NCBI GenBank assembly: GCA_032718475.1 | Contig: JAUCBJ010007328.1 | Location: 1 to 59,919 of the forward strand | DNA length: 59,919 nt | Reading direction: 5' to 3' | Origin: Nemertoderma westbladi | Lineage: Eukaryota; Animalia; Xenacoelomorpha | In this document: positions 1 through 14,070 of the stretch, piece by piece | Layout: the number at the start of each line of letters is the position of its first letter | Position numbering within the stretch: position 1 is the first letter of the stretch | The notes under the pieces: generated by a model | The model's input: only the letters and a program-made list of their open reading frames with translations | Told to the model about the DNA's origin: nothing | Databases searched by the model: none | Made by a program: the position numbers and the translations under genes

Positions 1-730
1 TAAATTTACTATTGCGCTTTCAATACTGTGGGCGAAAATGAGACACATCACAATACAGTAAGTAACTTTTTTTTAAACCCGTAACAATATTTTTAAGGAA
101 ACGTTCAATTCATCTACAAACGAAAAGGCATTAAACATGACCTTTACTTCAAATGATTCTCAAAATTTAACATAAACGTTAACATACAACAATGTACGGT
201 AATATACTACAATGTTTATACACGTTTATTTACAAATACAATCACTATTATTATATTACTGCAACATGATAGGTACCTATACTACCCAACACAACACACC
301 AACTATATAATTAATATAAAATATTACAACAGTTAATTATTAACTATTAGGCAGACTATTAGGTCCCCGAAACGGGTGAATATTGATACAGGTTCACTGC
401 TTCGAGGGGGTCTGAATGTGTGGGTAAGTCAGATATCAATCAAATAGAAACAACAAATAAAAATTACATCATATCGGAATACAATAAAAGAAGAATATCA
501 TTATAATTCAAGTCTTTATGGAAGCTTTAAGTTTAATAAATCTTTGGGCTGGGTGGTGACTACACCAGCAATGATAGACCAATAGAGACTGCATATGAAA
601 TAATTTCATATAAGTGTAGAAGTAATTCTGTAATGTACTTTGAATGTTAATAGATATTGAAAGATCTAGTACTGAAAGCATGTTTTATTATGTCGTCTCA
701 TTTATATAGAGCCTGTTCCATTGGGGTGCA

Positions 731-3395
731 GTCACTTGCCCAATGCAATATACCACTTGCCCAATATACCACTTGCCCAATGAGTCACTTGTCCAATGAG
801 TCACTTGTCCAATGAGTCACTTGCCCAATGCAATATACCACTTGCCCAATATACCACTTGCCCAATGAGTCACTTGTCCAATGAGTCACTTGCCCAATGA
901 GTCACTTGCCCAATGCAATATACCACTTACCCAATATACCACTTGCCCAATGCAATATACCACTTGCCCAATACACCACTTGCCGAATATACCAAGTGCC
1001 CAATGAGTCACTTGCCCAGTGCAATATACCACTTGCCCAATGAGTCACTTGCCCAATGCCATATACCACTTGCCCAATGAATCACTTGTACAATGAGTCA
1101 CTTGCCCAATGCAATATACCACTTGCCCAATGCAATATACCACTTGCCCAATATACCAAGTGCCCAATGAGTCACTTGCCCAATGCAATATACCACTTGC
1201 CCAATGACTCACTTGCCCAATGCAATATACCACTTGCCCAATATACCAAGTGCCCAATGAGTCACTTGCCCAATGCAATATACCACTTGCCCAATACACC
1301 ACTTGCCCAATATACCAAGTGCCCAATGAGTCACTTGCCCAATGCAATATACCACTTGCCCAATATACCACTTGCCCAATGAGTCACTTGCCCAATGCAA
1401 TATACCACTTGCCCAATACACCACTTGTCCAATATACCAAGTGCCCAATGAGTCACTTGCCCAATATACCACTTGCCCAATATACCACTTGCCCAATGAG
1501 TCACTTGCCCAATGCAATATACCACTTGCCCAATGCAATATACCACTTGCCCAATATACCAAGTGCCCAATGAGTCACTTGCCCAATGCAATATACAACT
1601 TGCCCAATGCAATATACCACTTGCCCAATATACCACTTGCCCAATGCAATATACCACTTGCCCATATACCAAGTGCCCAATGAGTCACTTGCCCAATGCA
1701 ATATACCACTTGCCCAATATACCACTTGCACAATGAGTCACTTGCCCAATGCAATATACCACTTGCCCAATATACCAAGTGCCCAATGAGTCACTTGCCC
1801 AATGCAATATACCACTTGCCCAATGCAATATACCACTTGCCCAATATACCAAGTGCCCAATGAGTCACTTGCCCAATGCAATATACCACTTGCCCAATGA
1901 GTCACTTACCCAATGCAATATATCACTTGCCCAATATACCAAGTGCCCATGAGTCACTTGCCCAATGCAATATACCACTTGCCCAATATACCACTTGTCC
2001 AATGAGTCACTTGCCCAATGCAATATACCACTTGCCCAATACACCACTTGTCCAATATACCAAGTGCCCAATGAGTCACTTGCCCAATGCAATATACCAC
2101 TTGCCCAATGCAATATACCACTTGCCCAATACACCACTTGTCCAATATACCAAGTGCCCAATGAGTCACTTGCCCAATGCAATATACCACTTGCCCATAT
2201 ACCAAGTGCCCAATGAGTCACTTGCCCAATGCAATATACCACTTGCCCAATATACCACTTGCCCAATGAGTCACTTGCCCAATGCAATATACCACTTGCC
2301 CAATATACCAAGTGCCCAATGAGTCACTTGCCCAATGCAATATACCACTTGCCCAATGCAATATACCACTTGCCCAATATACCAAGTGCCCAATGAGTCA
2401 CTTGCCCAATGCAATATACCACTTGCCCAATGAGTCACTTACCCAATGCAATATATCACTTGCCCAATATACCAAGTGCCCATGAGTCACTTGCCCAATG
2501 CAATATACCACTTGCCCAATATACCACTTGTCCAATGAGTCACTTGCCCAATGCAATATACCACTTGCCCAATACACCACTTGTCCAATATACCAAGTGC
2601 CCAATGAGTCACTTGCCCAATGCAATATACCACTTGCCCAATATACCAAGTGCCCAATGAGTCACTTGCCCAATGCAATATACAACTTGCCCAATGCAAT
2701 ATACCACTTGCCCAATATACCACTTGCCCAATGCAATATACCACTTGCCCATATACCAAGTATCCAATGAGTCACTTGCCCAATGCAATATACAACTTGC
2801 CCAATGCAATATACCACTTGCCCAATATACCACTTGCCCAATGCAATATACCACTTGCCCATATACCAAGTGCCCAATGAGTCACTTGCCCAATGCAATA
2901 TACCACTTGCCCAATATACCACTTGCACAATGAGTCACTTGCCCAATGCAATATACCACTTGCCCAATATACCAAGTGCCCAATGAGTCACTTGCCCAAT
3001 GCAATATACCACTTGCCCAATGCAATATACCACTTGCCCAATATACCAAGTGCCCAATGAGTCACTTGCCCAATGCAATATACCACTTGCCCAATGAGTC
3101 ACTTACCCAATGCAATATATCACTTGCCCAATATACCAAGTGCCCATGAGTCACTTGCCCAATGCAATATACCACTTGCCCAATATACCACTTGTCCAAT
3201 GAGTCACTTGCCCAATGCAATATACCACTTGCCCAATACACCACTTGTCCAATATACCAAGTGCCCAATGAGTCACTTGCCCAATGCAATATACCACTTG
3301 CCCAATGCAATATACCACTTGCCCAATACACCACTTGTCCAATATACCAAGTGCCCAATGAGTCACTTGCCCAATGCAATATACCACTTGCCCAA
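731..3395. repeat. Complex minisatellite: CACTTGCCCAAT core with variable spacers (16/21-bp units)
   Basis: Directly visible. Identical ORF-track peptides recur (1749/2282/2946; 1575/2772), showing block duplications. Confidence 0.97.
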
Positions 3396-3808
3396 TAAAA
3401 AGCAGACGAGTCATTTGCCCAATAAAAATTTATTTAAAACTAAAAATGGGTCACTTTCCCAATAAGTTACAGAAATAATTCTACAAAATTAATTAAGGCC
3501 TTCTCTCCAAACACGTCATTAAATGCCACATCAAGATATTAGGCTAATGTTCCAGTAATTGAATCCAATGTTTTGGATTTCGTAGACATCACAAGCCTAT
3601 TCTACAATCTGCATCTCCATATTTCCAAACAATGAAGACATGTTAATATGGCGGTTCCCTTTCAACATTATACTGTACCAGCGCTTTAAACGCTATGGCA
3701 AAGGTTCGTCATTTAAGGAGCTACTATAATAATTTATTTAGTATTGATCAGGGAACTTTTTCCTGCACTTTATAGTTTAAAAATAACAAACATTAATGGC
3801 TAATAGCT

Positions 3809-3920
3809 GAGATTGTAAAAAGTACGAAAGGTCGAACGCAACTAAACTTTAATGGCACTCGTCATACTTTAAGATTAAAACAAGGCAATAAAATGTACTG
3901 GGAATGTACGGAAAGAAAGG
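3809..3920 (+). pseudogene. FLYWCH zinc-finger fragment (MULE transposase N-terminal remnant)
   Basis: Manual translation EIVKSTKGRTQLNFNGTRHTLRLKQGNKMYWECTERK fits the S-x-KG...L..NG..Y/H...YWxC pattern; truncated. Confidence 0.6.
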
Positions 3921-4264
3921 TGGGGGGCTGACATATTGGGCAAGTGGCCTATTGGTAAAGATACTTTTATATTTTAAACTATATTTTAAACAAGTGACCC
4001 ATTGGGAAAATGACGCGTCTGCTTTTTATTGGGCAACTGACTCATTGGGCAAGTGACCTATTGGGCAAATGACAATTAACCGTTCCATTAGCGGTAATTG
4101 TTTGATTTAGGCTAATCAATTGTATTGTACAGACGGTACTTCACCCAATGTTTCGGTTTTCGTTATTAGGCTGCCCTGCATATGTGCACTATGCGTTATT
4201 TATTACAACAATATTGATAGCAATGGATCCGTCCATTCTCGCCAGCTCTCGCTGGCAAGCTTGT

Positions 4265-4450
4265 TTACCATATGAAGGCTCGAGGCAACCAGAACGCCCC
4301 TCTCTCTTGGCTATTATCTGAAAGGCGGTGAGGGCGCCACACTAACTTTTCCTTACTCCCACCGCAGAAACCCGGTTCCCCGGAGGCACCATAACAGTTA
4401 CAAAATTGTAACTGGCTCGGCACGGGATCGAACCTGGGAACAGGAGATGC
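4265..4450 (-). mobile_element. tRNA-derived SINE-like fragment
   Basis: B-box-like GGTTCGATCCC on the minus strand (~4424-4434). Body (ctcttggctattatctg...ccacacta) is shared with copies at ~18.9, 32.5 and 55.7 kb. Confidence 0.5.
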
Positions 4451-4775
4451 AATGTGTGAAGCGATCTGACAGCGATTTGACTTACTTATTCTCGTCTAAT
4501 AATAAACTGCACTAAATAATTAGATACGAACCGTGATACACCAGATATAATGTAGATGGAGTAGCAGTAGATACAAACACGTAACATCTCTACTACTGTA
4601 CCACATGTATAAAAACTAACCATAACCATAACCGCTACACGATATAATATATAATATATATTTACATTAAATAATAAATTCCTATATAAGAATCTAACAA
4701 TTATAAATTTATAAAGGTGTGAGTCAGAGCACATTATGATACAGGAATGGAAATTAATGGTATCATAAAAAATCA

Positions 4776-5045
4776 TCACCCAATTGAACGCCAACTCACG
4801 AAATTACTACCACCCCTTATGAATCCTGTGGAATAAATTAGGCTACCAATAATTAAAGTTGACCCAAAAAATAACATAATTTTAAAATATATACTTTTGG
4901 AATAAAAGACATACGAGACAAATTTACCAGATAGAATGGATCCCGTCCCAGAAGGAATACCTCGTGCTACTGTTCTCATTACCTGCAAGGTAAATTCTGT
5001 AACAAGTACCATCTGAGGTATTTTAATCCGGACAAACTTCCTCAA
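4776..5045 (-). pseudogene. Possible degraded LINE (CR1/L2-like) RT fragment
   Basis: RTVARGIPSGTGSILSG resembles the GVPQGSILGP motif; highly decayed. Confidence 0.3.
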
Positions 5046-5489
5046 AGAGCCACGAAAAACAGGCTGTCGAAAATTGCTACAGTCCCAACATCTAAACCGC
5101 GAGAGGCATGCTTACATAGCATTTCAAAGGAACTAGCTTAGCAGACCCCCTACCCCCACCCCACCACCATGTAAACATAGAGGCGATGAAACACGCAAAC
5201 TAGTCGAACAGATTTTCTGGGGCTTCAGTTAACTATTGTGATAAGTTAATGAACATATTGAATTTGTTTATTTGTAATGATTTGTCGTGTTTATAGCAAA
5301 TGATGTCGTACACAACACATACAAAAAACAGACATATGTAAATTACTATCAATTAAGTAGTTACAGTGCATCTATCTCCCGAAACTTGAACTACATACTG
5401 TACAAAAGCTTACTCTGAATATTGAACTGAATATATTTATCTCATGCCTTAAAGATTGAACCCAGGTTTACCTTGTTACACCAAACGAA

Positions 5490-5762
5490 GAATACCTTGC
5501 TACACAACACCTATACCTTGGTACTACCTTGCTACACAACACCTATACCTTGGTACTACCTTGCTACACAACACCTATACCTTGGTACTACCTTGCTACA
5601 CAACACGTATGCCTTGGCACACTAACCTGCAACACAAAACGTATACCTTGCTACACAACACTTATACCTTGGTACACTACCTTACGTATACCTTGGTACA
5701 CAAAACGTATACCTTGAAAATGTAACCAATGTATACCTTGGTGCACAAAATGTATACCTTGG
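5490..5762. repeat. Minisatellite, ~32-bp unit (acacctataccttggtactaccttgctacaca), degenerating rightwards
   Basis: Visible tandem copies of ATACCTTG-containing units. Confidence 0.8.
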
Positions 5763-6216
5763 ATAGCATTTAGCGTTACTTCGCCTATAAAACTTTTAGA
5801 CTTGAGTATATTTATATATTTTGGCCAGATCTGGAAAGAGCTCAAAAAGACGATTCCAATGGTATATAATATATTGGGGTTCGGCAAGAAATAAAAAAAA
5901 AATATTTTGCAACGCTTTGAGCCACATTTATTGACCAATGACCATATACTTTGCACCAGATAATTTACTTTGTGAAAAAAAAACTTTAATGTTAACAGAA
6001 TAAATATAATATCATTACCCCAAAAATAAAACATTTCCACAATTAATACGTATACTTATGATTCAAATAATGTAATTTCTGAACAAAAAATAGATTTGTA
6101 CACCTAAATAATTATATTTGCGCAAAATCAATAATAAAAGTCAAACAATTTACTTTTCGACACAAATTACATACTTTCCCACCAAAAAAAATATATTACC
6201 AGCAGAAAGTCAAGTA

Positions 6217-6503
6217 CTCTGGAGTCCCGAATAGACGGGGCGACACGGCTATTAATTTTTTCTAAAAAATTTAGTACATTTTTTATTGTGAGTAAATAAA
6301 CGTTTGTTCTCATAATAAAATAATTGAGATTTGAAAGTGAAAGAAAACCAAAACCTTGTACCGAGTATACCACCGGTAGCCGTAGATACTACTGTCCCCT
6401 GTTAGTACGCCTATACTGTATGTTAAGTAAGTAGGCCTAAGTTTACAAAATTTTCCACCCACCACGTCTATTCCAGCCACCCCGACTATTCGGGACTCCA
6501 GAA
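6217..6503. mobile_element. MITE, Tc1/mariner-type
   Basis: TIRs CTCTGGAGTCCCGAATAG ... CTATTCGGGACTCCAGAA, flanked by TA on both sides. Confidence 0.7.
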
Positions 6504-6800
6504 TATTCGATCCAGTAATTAATAGCCCTAACAATCAAAATCCAATAAGTTGTAGATCTACTGTACAAACAGTATGGTAAAATATTAGGGCACACAGCTC
6601 GGTGTAATGAAATTATTAGATGCTAAAATTGTCAATTAAGGGAAAGGAACAGGCTACAGATGCGGGGTTTTCTTACCAAAACAATAAACGCTTTCGTTAC
6701 CAATTGAAGGAAAGGGAAAGGAGCAGTTTAAATTGGCAGCTATTTTTTATAAATGATATCTAAATAAATAAATTAATAATATTTATTTGGGGAATTCAAC

Positions 6801-7395
6801 AACTAATTGAGACATTAAAACAATCAACTAATTGGGACATTAAAACAATCAACTAATTGGGACATTAAAACAATCAACTAATTGGGACATTAAAACAATC
6901 AACTAATGGGGACATTAAAACAATCAACTAATTGGGACATTAAAACTATCAACTAATTGGGACATTAAAACAATCAACTAATTGGGACATTAAAACTATC
7001 AACTAATTGGGACATTAAAACAATCAACTAATTGGGACATTAAAACAATCAACTAATTGGGACATTAAAACAATCAACTAATTGGGACATTAAAACAATC
7101 AACTAATGGGGACATTAAAACAATCAACTAATTGGGACATTAAAACTATCAACTAATTGGGACATTAAAACAATCAACTAATTGGGACATTAAAACAATC
7201 AACTAATTGGGACATTAAAACAATCAACTAATTGGGACATTAAAACTATCAACTAATTGGGACATTAAAACAATCAACTAATTGGGACATTAAAACAATC
7301 AACTAATTGGGACATTAAAACAATCAACTAATTGGGACATTAAAACAATCAACTAATGGGGACATTAAAACAATCAACTAATTGGGACATTAATA
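6801..7395. repeat. 25-bp tandem array AACTAATTGGGACATTAAAACAATC (~24 copies)
   Basis: Near-perfect tandem copies with no unique spacers. Confidence 0.97.
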
Positions 7396-7823
7396 CAATG
7401 TCTTGGGTAAATTATACATTATAAAATTGGGTTAACCTAAAAATTATTTTGGAGAGAAAGTATTTTCTGTTATTTTCTGAAAGTTATTCTGGGTCAAAAA
7501 TAATTTATTTAGAAGGAACATTTTATTTATATTAATCACGACAGTTATTAAATTTGAGACGATAATAATTGGTGCAAAAAGTATGTAATCTGTGACGGAA
7601 ATAATTTGCGACGTTTAAATATTAATTTCACACATTATGAACCCGGCGTGGATGAAAATATTAATTTAATAACCTAAAACTTTTGAAAAATTAATTGTCT
7701 TCATAATTTAATGCCTATATAGTAAACCTTGTGCGGAAACACCGATGACTACAACATTGTTACTAAGCTGACGGAAGAATAGATTATGCCTTCCTTCTAT
7801 CTGAAGGCCGATCTCAGCCACTA

Positions 7824-8699
7824 TTAATGTCCCTTCAACCCGAAGGCTGCCCTCAGACACACCTCGGCCTCCGCTTTGTGCACGACGCCGATGCCGACGG
7901 CCGACGCGGCCAACTCGGCGCGTCCGACGTACCCCAGACGGATACCCACATTGTTGGCGAACCGGGGTGCCACGAACTGCCAGACCCCCTGGTTGCGGTG
8001 CTCCTCCTGGGCCCAGACGAACTCCCGAGCCGCTGGGTACCCCGCGAGGACCCGTTGCAACGCCGCCGTCGGGAACGGACACAACTCCTCCACGCGGATC
8101 ACCGCCGACTCCGCAACGATCCGCGTCTCGCGACGCAACGCACCCAACGCGTAATAATGTTTCCCGCAAACAAATATTAAACGCTTAACTTTGCGACGCT
8201 CTAAAACAGCGGGATCGTCTAAAACCGGTTGAAACGAAGTCCCCGGGGCGAGATCCGCGAGCGGACTTCCGGCTTCCGGAAGTCGGATTAGAACCTTCGG
8301 CGCCATGACGACCAGCGGTTTACGGAAGTTTCTCATCATCTGACGACGTAGGAGATGGAAGTATTGCGCCGGGGTTGTGGGGTTGGCGACGAACCAGTTT
8401 ACCGAATCCCCGTCAATGCCGCACTCCCGACTGTCGGACATCTGTAGGAATCGTTCGACCCGACACGACGAGTGGTCCGGACCCGCTCCGTCCATACCGT
8501 GCGGCAGTAGCAGCACCAACCCGCTCTGCTGCAACCACTTCAGCTCGCCGCTCGCCACGTAGGTGTCCAGGATGATTTGCGCGCCGTTGAAGAAGTCGCC
8601 GAATTGGGCCTCCCAGATCGGCAGCACTTGAGGACTCTCGATCGAGATTCCGTACTCGAAACCCAAAACCGCCTCCTCCGAGAGAGTCGAGTTGCAAAC
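7824..8699 (-). CDS. DHTKD1: 2-oxoadipate dehydrogenase E1 (DHTKD1), exon 2
   Basis: [56 protein letters not shown] motifs. Acceptor tttctttccAG ends at 8700, in phase 0 with exon 1. Confidence 0.93.
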   Translation of the reverse strand, partial: VCNSTLSEEAVLGFEYGISIESPQVLPIWEAQFGDFFNGAQIILDTYVASGELKWLQQSGLVLLLPHGMDGAGPDHSSCRVERFLQMSDSRECGIDGDSVNWFVANPTTPAQYFHLLRRQMMRNFRKPLVVMAPKVLIRLPEAGSPLADLAPGTSFQPVLDDPAVLERRKVKRLIFVCGKHYYALGALRRETRIVAESAVIRVEELCPFPTAALQRVLAGYPAAREFVWAQEEHRNQGVWQFVAPRFANNVGIRLGYVGRAELAASAVGIGVVHKAEAEVCLRAAFGLKGH

Positions 8700-9389
8700 C
8701 TGGAAAGAAAGCAACTTATTATAATAATTAATGACGAAATTTATGTCACGAAATAATAATTGTTGAATTATCTCTATCTCAATCATAATTTTAGCCATAA
8801 TAATAATATTAGGCTAGAATAAAATATAACGAACCCTAACGCAAAGTAACTCAACTACTATAACTGGTTGTTACAGTACATGGATTATTGTTTTGGTTTT
8901 TAACTTTATTATTTAGTTACCGCTTACCGGCGCCTTTCCTTTAATTACCAATATACCAATTTAAACATTCTCGCCAAATTAAATTCCAGTGTTATACTAA
9001 TAATCGTTGGTAGTGGAGGGGATAGCGGTTGGGTAACTTAGAATAACGTGCTACTGTTACCTGCTCCTTTACCTTTCACTTAATTGATAATTTAACAATA
9101 AGTAGAGATATCATATGGCATCGCAAAATAATATGATGATTTGTAATTTGTGTAAATTAAAAAGCATTAATTTAAATCAAGTTAGTTTTTGACTAAATAA
9201 AGTTTTACAGCAAAGTGTTTTTATTTAAGAATAAACAATTAGAATAACTAAAAAAGGCATTGAAAATAAAATACAATAAAACTACCGCCGTCGTCGGTTC
9301 TAAATTAACATTTTCTTTATTAAAAATAAAAGCAAATATTCATATCCATTCACTTGACAAATAATAAGATCATTACTAATATAACCGAC
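8700..9389 (-). other. DHTKD1: 690-bp GT-AG intron of DHTKD1
   Basis: GAG|GTCGGT donor and TTCCAG|GTT acceptor. Splicing gives [13 protein letters not shown] and a ~929-aa protein. Confidence 0.88.
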
Positions 9390-11303
9390 CTCCAGGAATC
9401 CCTTCTGTTTGTCCACGATATCGTTGAGAGGAACGATAATCTCATCCGTCTCCTGGTCCACTAACATCGCGTGTCGATGACTAAACGTGCCTCTCCCGAC
9501 GTCCTGACCGCTTAGACGCACGTCGAACCCCTGAACCAACAACGAGCCGACAGCCAACGCCTCGGCGGTCGCCCAATCGATCCGCCCCGCTCGCAACTGC
9601 TCCACGCGCCCGTCGCAATGAGCGCGACCCACCCGTGGGTGCAGGTTGAACCCCGTGGGCGTCGCCACAGAACGTCCGCCTATAAACCGCAACGCCTCAA
9701 CCGGGAACCCAGAATCCCATTGGGTGACTTCGGAACCCGGCTGAACCAACCCGAACCATTGTTTATCCAAATAGAACGCCGGACGTTTATAGGAATCTAA
9801 ACCCTTTAATTTATCATTTAATTCATTAGAGAAACTCTCGTCAATGTCATTAACCTCTTCTACAGATATAATATTTTCTTTTATTAACTTCTCGGCGTAG
9901 GAATCCGGTATAGACTTTCTATTATCGATGACGGAATACATTATGGGTTGGGTTATTCGTGGGTCGTCGATTTCGTTATGACCCCATCTCCGGAAGCAGA
10001 CAAGGTCTACAATAACGTCTTTACGGAATGCGTTACGGTAGGCGAGCGCCAGTCTGGTAGCCATGACAACCTCCTCGGGACATGCGCCGTTCACGTGTAT
10101 AACCGGACAGCCCGTGATCTTACCGAAGTCGCTCGCGTACCGCGATGAGCGGCCGTAATCGCGTTCAGTTGTGAAACCCAATTGGTTGTTAACTATAAGA
10201 TGTACGGAGCCGTCCACACTGTAATGCGGAACGGTGGCCATGGATACTAGTTCCGCGATTACTCCCTGGGCGGAACATGCGGCGTCCCCGTGTACCTGTA
10301 CGGGGAGCACTACATCTCCCTCCTGCTCTCGGGAGCAAAGGGAATAAGGACCCAGACGTAACGAACGCAATCTACCGCGAGTCTTACCTATTATAACTGG
10401 GTTGTTGGCCTCTAGATGTGAGGGATTCGGTATCATAGAGACGTGAACCGATCTGTCACCCACAGGAATGTCTACAGACGTGTAAAGATGGGTGAGGATA
10501 TCCCCGGAGCAACCAGCCCCTTCAGGGAACTCAGGAAGTCCTCTCATCTTTTGGAACATGACCTCGACCGGGAAATTAAGGAGAACGGCCATAAGAGATA
10601 ACCTTCCTCTATGAGGGATACAAAATAAAACTTGGTTTATATTATATTCGCTAACGCTGTTAAAAATCTCATTGAAAACTACTAACATACTTTCGGCCCC
10701 CTCACCCCCGTAACGCTTTATCGTTGAAAATTTACTGCCTAAAAAACGTTCGAAAGTTTGCGACTTTAGAAGATGGCGGCACAACTCTAGTTTACGATCT
10801 CGGGGTAACCCGGCAAATCTTAGAGTTTCGAAGTGTTCTGCAAACCATCTGCGTTCGAAATCGTCGGCAATATAGTGGAATTCTACGCCGATATTCGAAG
10901 AATAAGTTTCTTGTAAAAACTCAGTAATTTCTCTTAAACTCGACTCATTTCTACCCATTGATAGAATTCCTTTTAGGCAATACTGTCTCTCAGTTAAACT
11001 GTAGAAGTCCGGGGTTAATACCGGAAGATCGTCGTATTTAGTTAAATTCAAAGGATCCGTTTTAGCAATACGGTGTCCGTGTTCTCTGAATGCCGTTACA
11101 TATCGCAACAAATTCGCATTGTCGTTGCAATTCCGTAAGTCGTCCGGGTTGGGCGGCAATAGATCTGTGTTGCGCGTGTTGTCCGAATCAGGTTTATAAC
11201 CAAATACCCCATGCTTTGTGTGGTAAAATGTTTCAACTATAAACTTTCTAGAGTTGCGTTTATTATTCCGTAATCCAAGTCGTAGTGAACAGCAACGGAT
11301 CAT
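9390..11303 (-). CDS. DHTKD1: 2-oxoadipate dehydrogenase E1 (DHTKD1), exon 1
   Basis: KRYGGEGAES, PHRGRL, NPSHLE, HGDAA (ThDP motif), NNQLGFTT, RRWGHNE, RLSGQDVGRGTFSHRHA. Arg-rich N-terminus consistent with a mitochondrial presequence; the YHTxxGVFGYKP N-terminal segment is DHTKD1-like rather than OGDH-like. Confidence 0.93.
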
Positions 11304-13000
11304 CGTAGTGTATTGCAGTATTGAGCGATAACTATAAAGGTACCGGTACCGGTAGATATAACATTTTCACAACAGTAAATTAATTAAAGATAGCAGCTAC
11401 TACAGTACTACAGTACTACTCAATAATGATCTGCTCATATTGTCATAAAGCTTTAAAACCGTTACAAACAGATACAAAAATGGCATAAAAAGTTATTTAC
11501 ATTACAGGATTATTAAGAATTAATACCGGACACACAACACCAGACATAAATCTGTAATTATACTTTAAATCAAATACAGGAATACTGAAATAGGGAATCT
11601 GGGAATGCCAGTCTGCTAATTATTCGTAATTCGTAAACAGAATGCAGAATGATGAATTTCTAACAGTCAAGAATCAGTAGGCTTATATAGTACAGTAGTA
11701 TCTATATCTACTGTGTACTGATCTGATATCAGTCCATATTATAGTATATACATCTCCTATTTAATTCAAATTCCCCACCACTTACTTATTTAATTCAAAT
11801 TCCCCACCACTTACTTGTTAGACAAATCGAAGTATAAATCGTCAGACCTGACAGGTTGCCCAATGAAGGAAGTCTCAATATCGCCTATGAAGTTATACCT
11901 TGCTTCACTTCCTTCTTTCTTCCACTCAGATTTTTTAGCAATGATATCATTTATTGTTTTGATTATAAAAGCCCGCCTCCAAGCCTCTGAGTTAAAATAG
12001 TGGAATTAAATTAATTAATTAAAAACAGTGATTCAAGCATTAAAATTAGCAGAGAAATGAGCTTTTGTGATTGGAAAAATCAGTGCCATGGATTTAAACT
12101 CCATTCCTCCTGTAAAGGTCGAAAGGTGGCAGTTTACTGATGTGATGATGATGAACTAAAAATATCAGACGCATGTTGGCGACAACGGCAGGACGTGGGG
12201 CGAGGCATGTAGTCGGCGATCCTGGCCATACGGTTCACATAGGGCAAATGGGGCATGACCGTCTGTCTGGTAAATGTTTGAACGCGAATTTATCAACAAC
12301 GCTGGTTCGGAATTGAACCAAACATAGTGGGAACTGTAAGCAGTAGAGGGAAAGTTTAGAAAATTTATAAAGTTTGGTGAAAAATCATTGAGCCTGACGT
12401 CGTCAGCTACGACAGATAATGTGGTTTTTAGAAAATGTTAAATTTCTCGCGGGAACAACTCATTTTCCAGAGCTGAAATTGTGGTTGCTAGAATCATAAA
12501 GTCTATCTCTTACGAAATTGAAAAGTTAAGACAATTAATTGGGGGTCCGCTATCGACTCCGAAGTAATGACATAGGCCTACCCGGTACAGCGGTACGTTA
12601 CTGCTGTACTAAATAAGTACGAAATTGCAGAATAATAATTTGACACCACATAGCGGATTAATATATAATTGTATATCGATCGTATACATTTTATAGCATG
12701 GGGTCCGAGCCCCGAAGTTGGCGGAGCCTTTGCGAACTGAAGCTATCTCGTAGGTGTGTAGGTCAGTTATAATGGCAAATAGTTCATTCAATGGTACTGT
12801 ATGTCATCATCGTCGCTACGATTTTGACTTACTTATAACTTCGTCGGATTTAAAGCTTTCGAGTCTAAAATTAGTAGGCATCAATAAGACCATAAGTTTT
12901 TTTTAGGGACTTCCAGACACCATCAAATCCCCAGTCTCTCGCTAGAGGGCTACATGTCTAGATATTAAATATCCTAACATTTTCTTTGCTTTAAACCCGT

Positions 13001-14070
13001 TCTAGCTGAAACTTGGTATATTTGTACTAGACCATTAACTGTGTCATTCAAAGGAGGCTCATCTGTCTGCAGTTCTCTAGTCTGCCGCTAGAGGGCAAAA
13101 TATCTCAAAATACAATCACTGATTTAGCTGAAACATCAGATATGTGCTAGAACACGTCCGGTGTGTTTGCCGGACTAGGAATCAGTCCGACCAGTTCCAC
13201 CTCACCGCTATTCCAGCAAGGGACATGCAATAGCGTTAGGCCATAGAGTAATAAGACAGCTTCCTTATTGTTTATCTCACTAAATGATTGGCTGAGTATT
13301 TAATGGAGATTCTTTAGAATAAATATAGCTAAATAATTTTGTTGTGACATCGACATGGTAAATTAATATCTCAGTATCATTACTAAAACGTCATAAGGTA
13401 AGTTATAATAAACTTATAAATTGGGTCGCCTAAAATATATTACTTTTAAAACACCAATTTTCTATTAATACCTGCCTGTGAACAATCCTCTGTGTGCCTT
13501 TGGGTTGGGGTGCAGATTAAGGGGGGAGGGGGTTGAAACCATTCTAGCGAAACTTGGCATATTTGTACTCATCCGTCTGCAGTTATCTAGTCTGCCGCTA
13601 GAGGGCGAAATATCTCAAAGCGCAATCATTGATTTAGCTGTTTTGAAACGTACTTGTCAGATATGTGCTAGAACACGTCCGGTGTGTTTGCCGGGCTAGG
13701 AATTAGTCCAACCAGGTCCACCTCACCACTAATCCAGCAAAGTTTAATTCTATAGGATATGCAAGTGTTAGGCCCCAGAGTAATAAAACAGCTTGCTTGT
13801 TGTTTATCTCGCAAAATGATTGGCTGAGTATTTAATGGAGATTATTTAGAATAAATATAGCTAAATAATTTTGTTGAGACATCGACATGGTAAATTAATA
13901 TTTCAGTATCAATACTAAAACGGCATAACGTAAGTTATAATATTTCTTGCAAATTGGGTCGCCTCCACGCTTAAAATATATTACGTTTAAAACACAAATT
14001 TTCTGTTAATACCTGCCTATCATCCTTTGTGTGCCTTTGGGTTGGGGTGTAGATTAAGAGGGGGTTGAAA
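13001..14070. repeat. Direct tandem duplication of a ~530-bp unit (13001-13540, 13542-14070), probably TE-derived
   Basis: Colinear matches such as gatatgtgctagaacacgtccggtgtgtttgccgg and aatgattggctgagtatttaatggagat in both units. Confidence 0.85.

Larger units (their letters stand above)
723..4081 (+). mobile_element. Non-autonomous Mutator-like (MULE) DNA transposon with a greatly expanded left subterminal array
   Basis: 8-bp TSD GTTCCATT at 715-722 and 4082-4089. GG...CC ends with imperfect TIRs (GGggtgcaGTCAcTTGCCCAAT vs revcomp GGttaattGTCAtTTGCCCAAT). Contains an internal FLYWCH-like remnant. Confidence 0.75.

Noticed and set aside
1045-3465. Many overlapping ORFs (QYTTCP/WASGIL repeats)
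   Set aside because: Translations of the minisatellite, open on both strands; not genes.
6801-7395. CRISPR-like regular repeat
   Set aside because: No unique spacers, no cas genes, eukaryotic context.
7708-8697. Alternative-frame and antisense ORFs over DHTKD1 exon 2
   Set aside because: By-product of high GC in a real coding exon.
8700-8798. N-terminal extension of the 324-aa ORF as a separate gene
   Set aside because: Intron sequence read through; the splice sites join it to exon 1.
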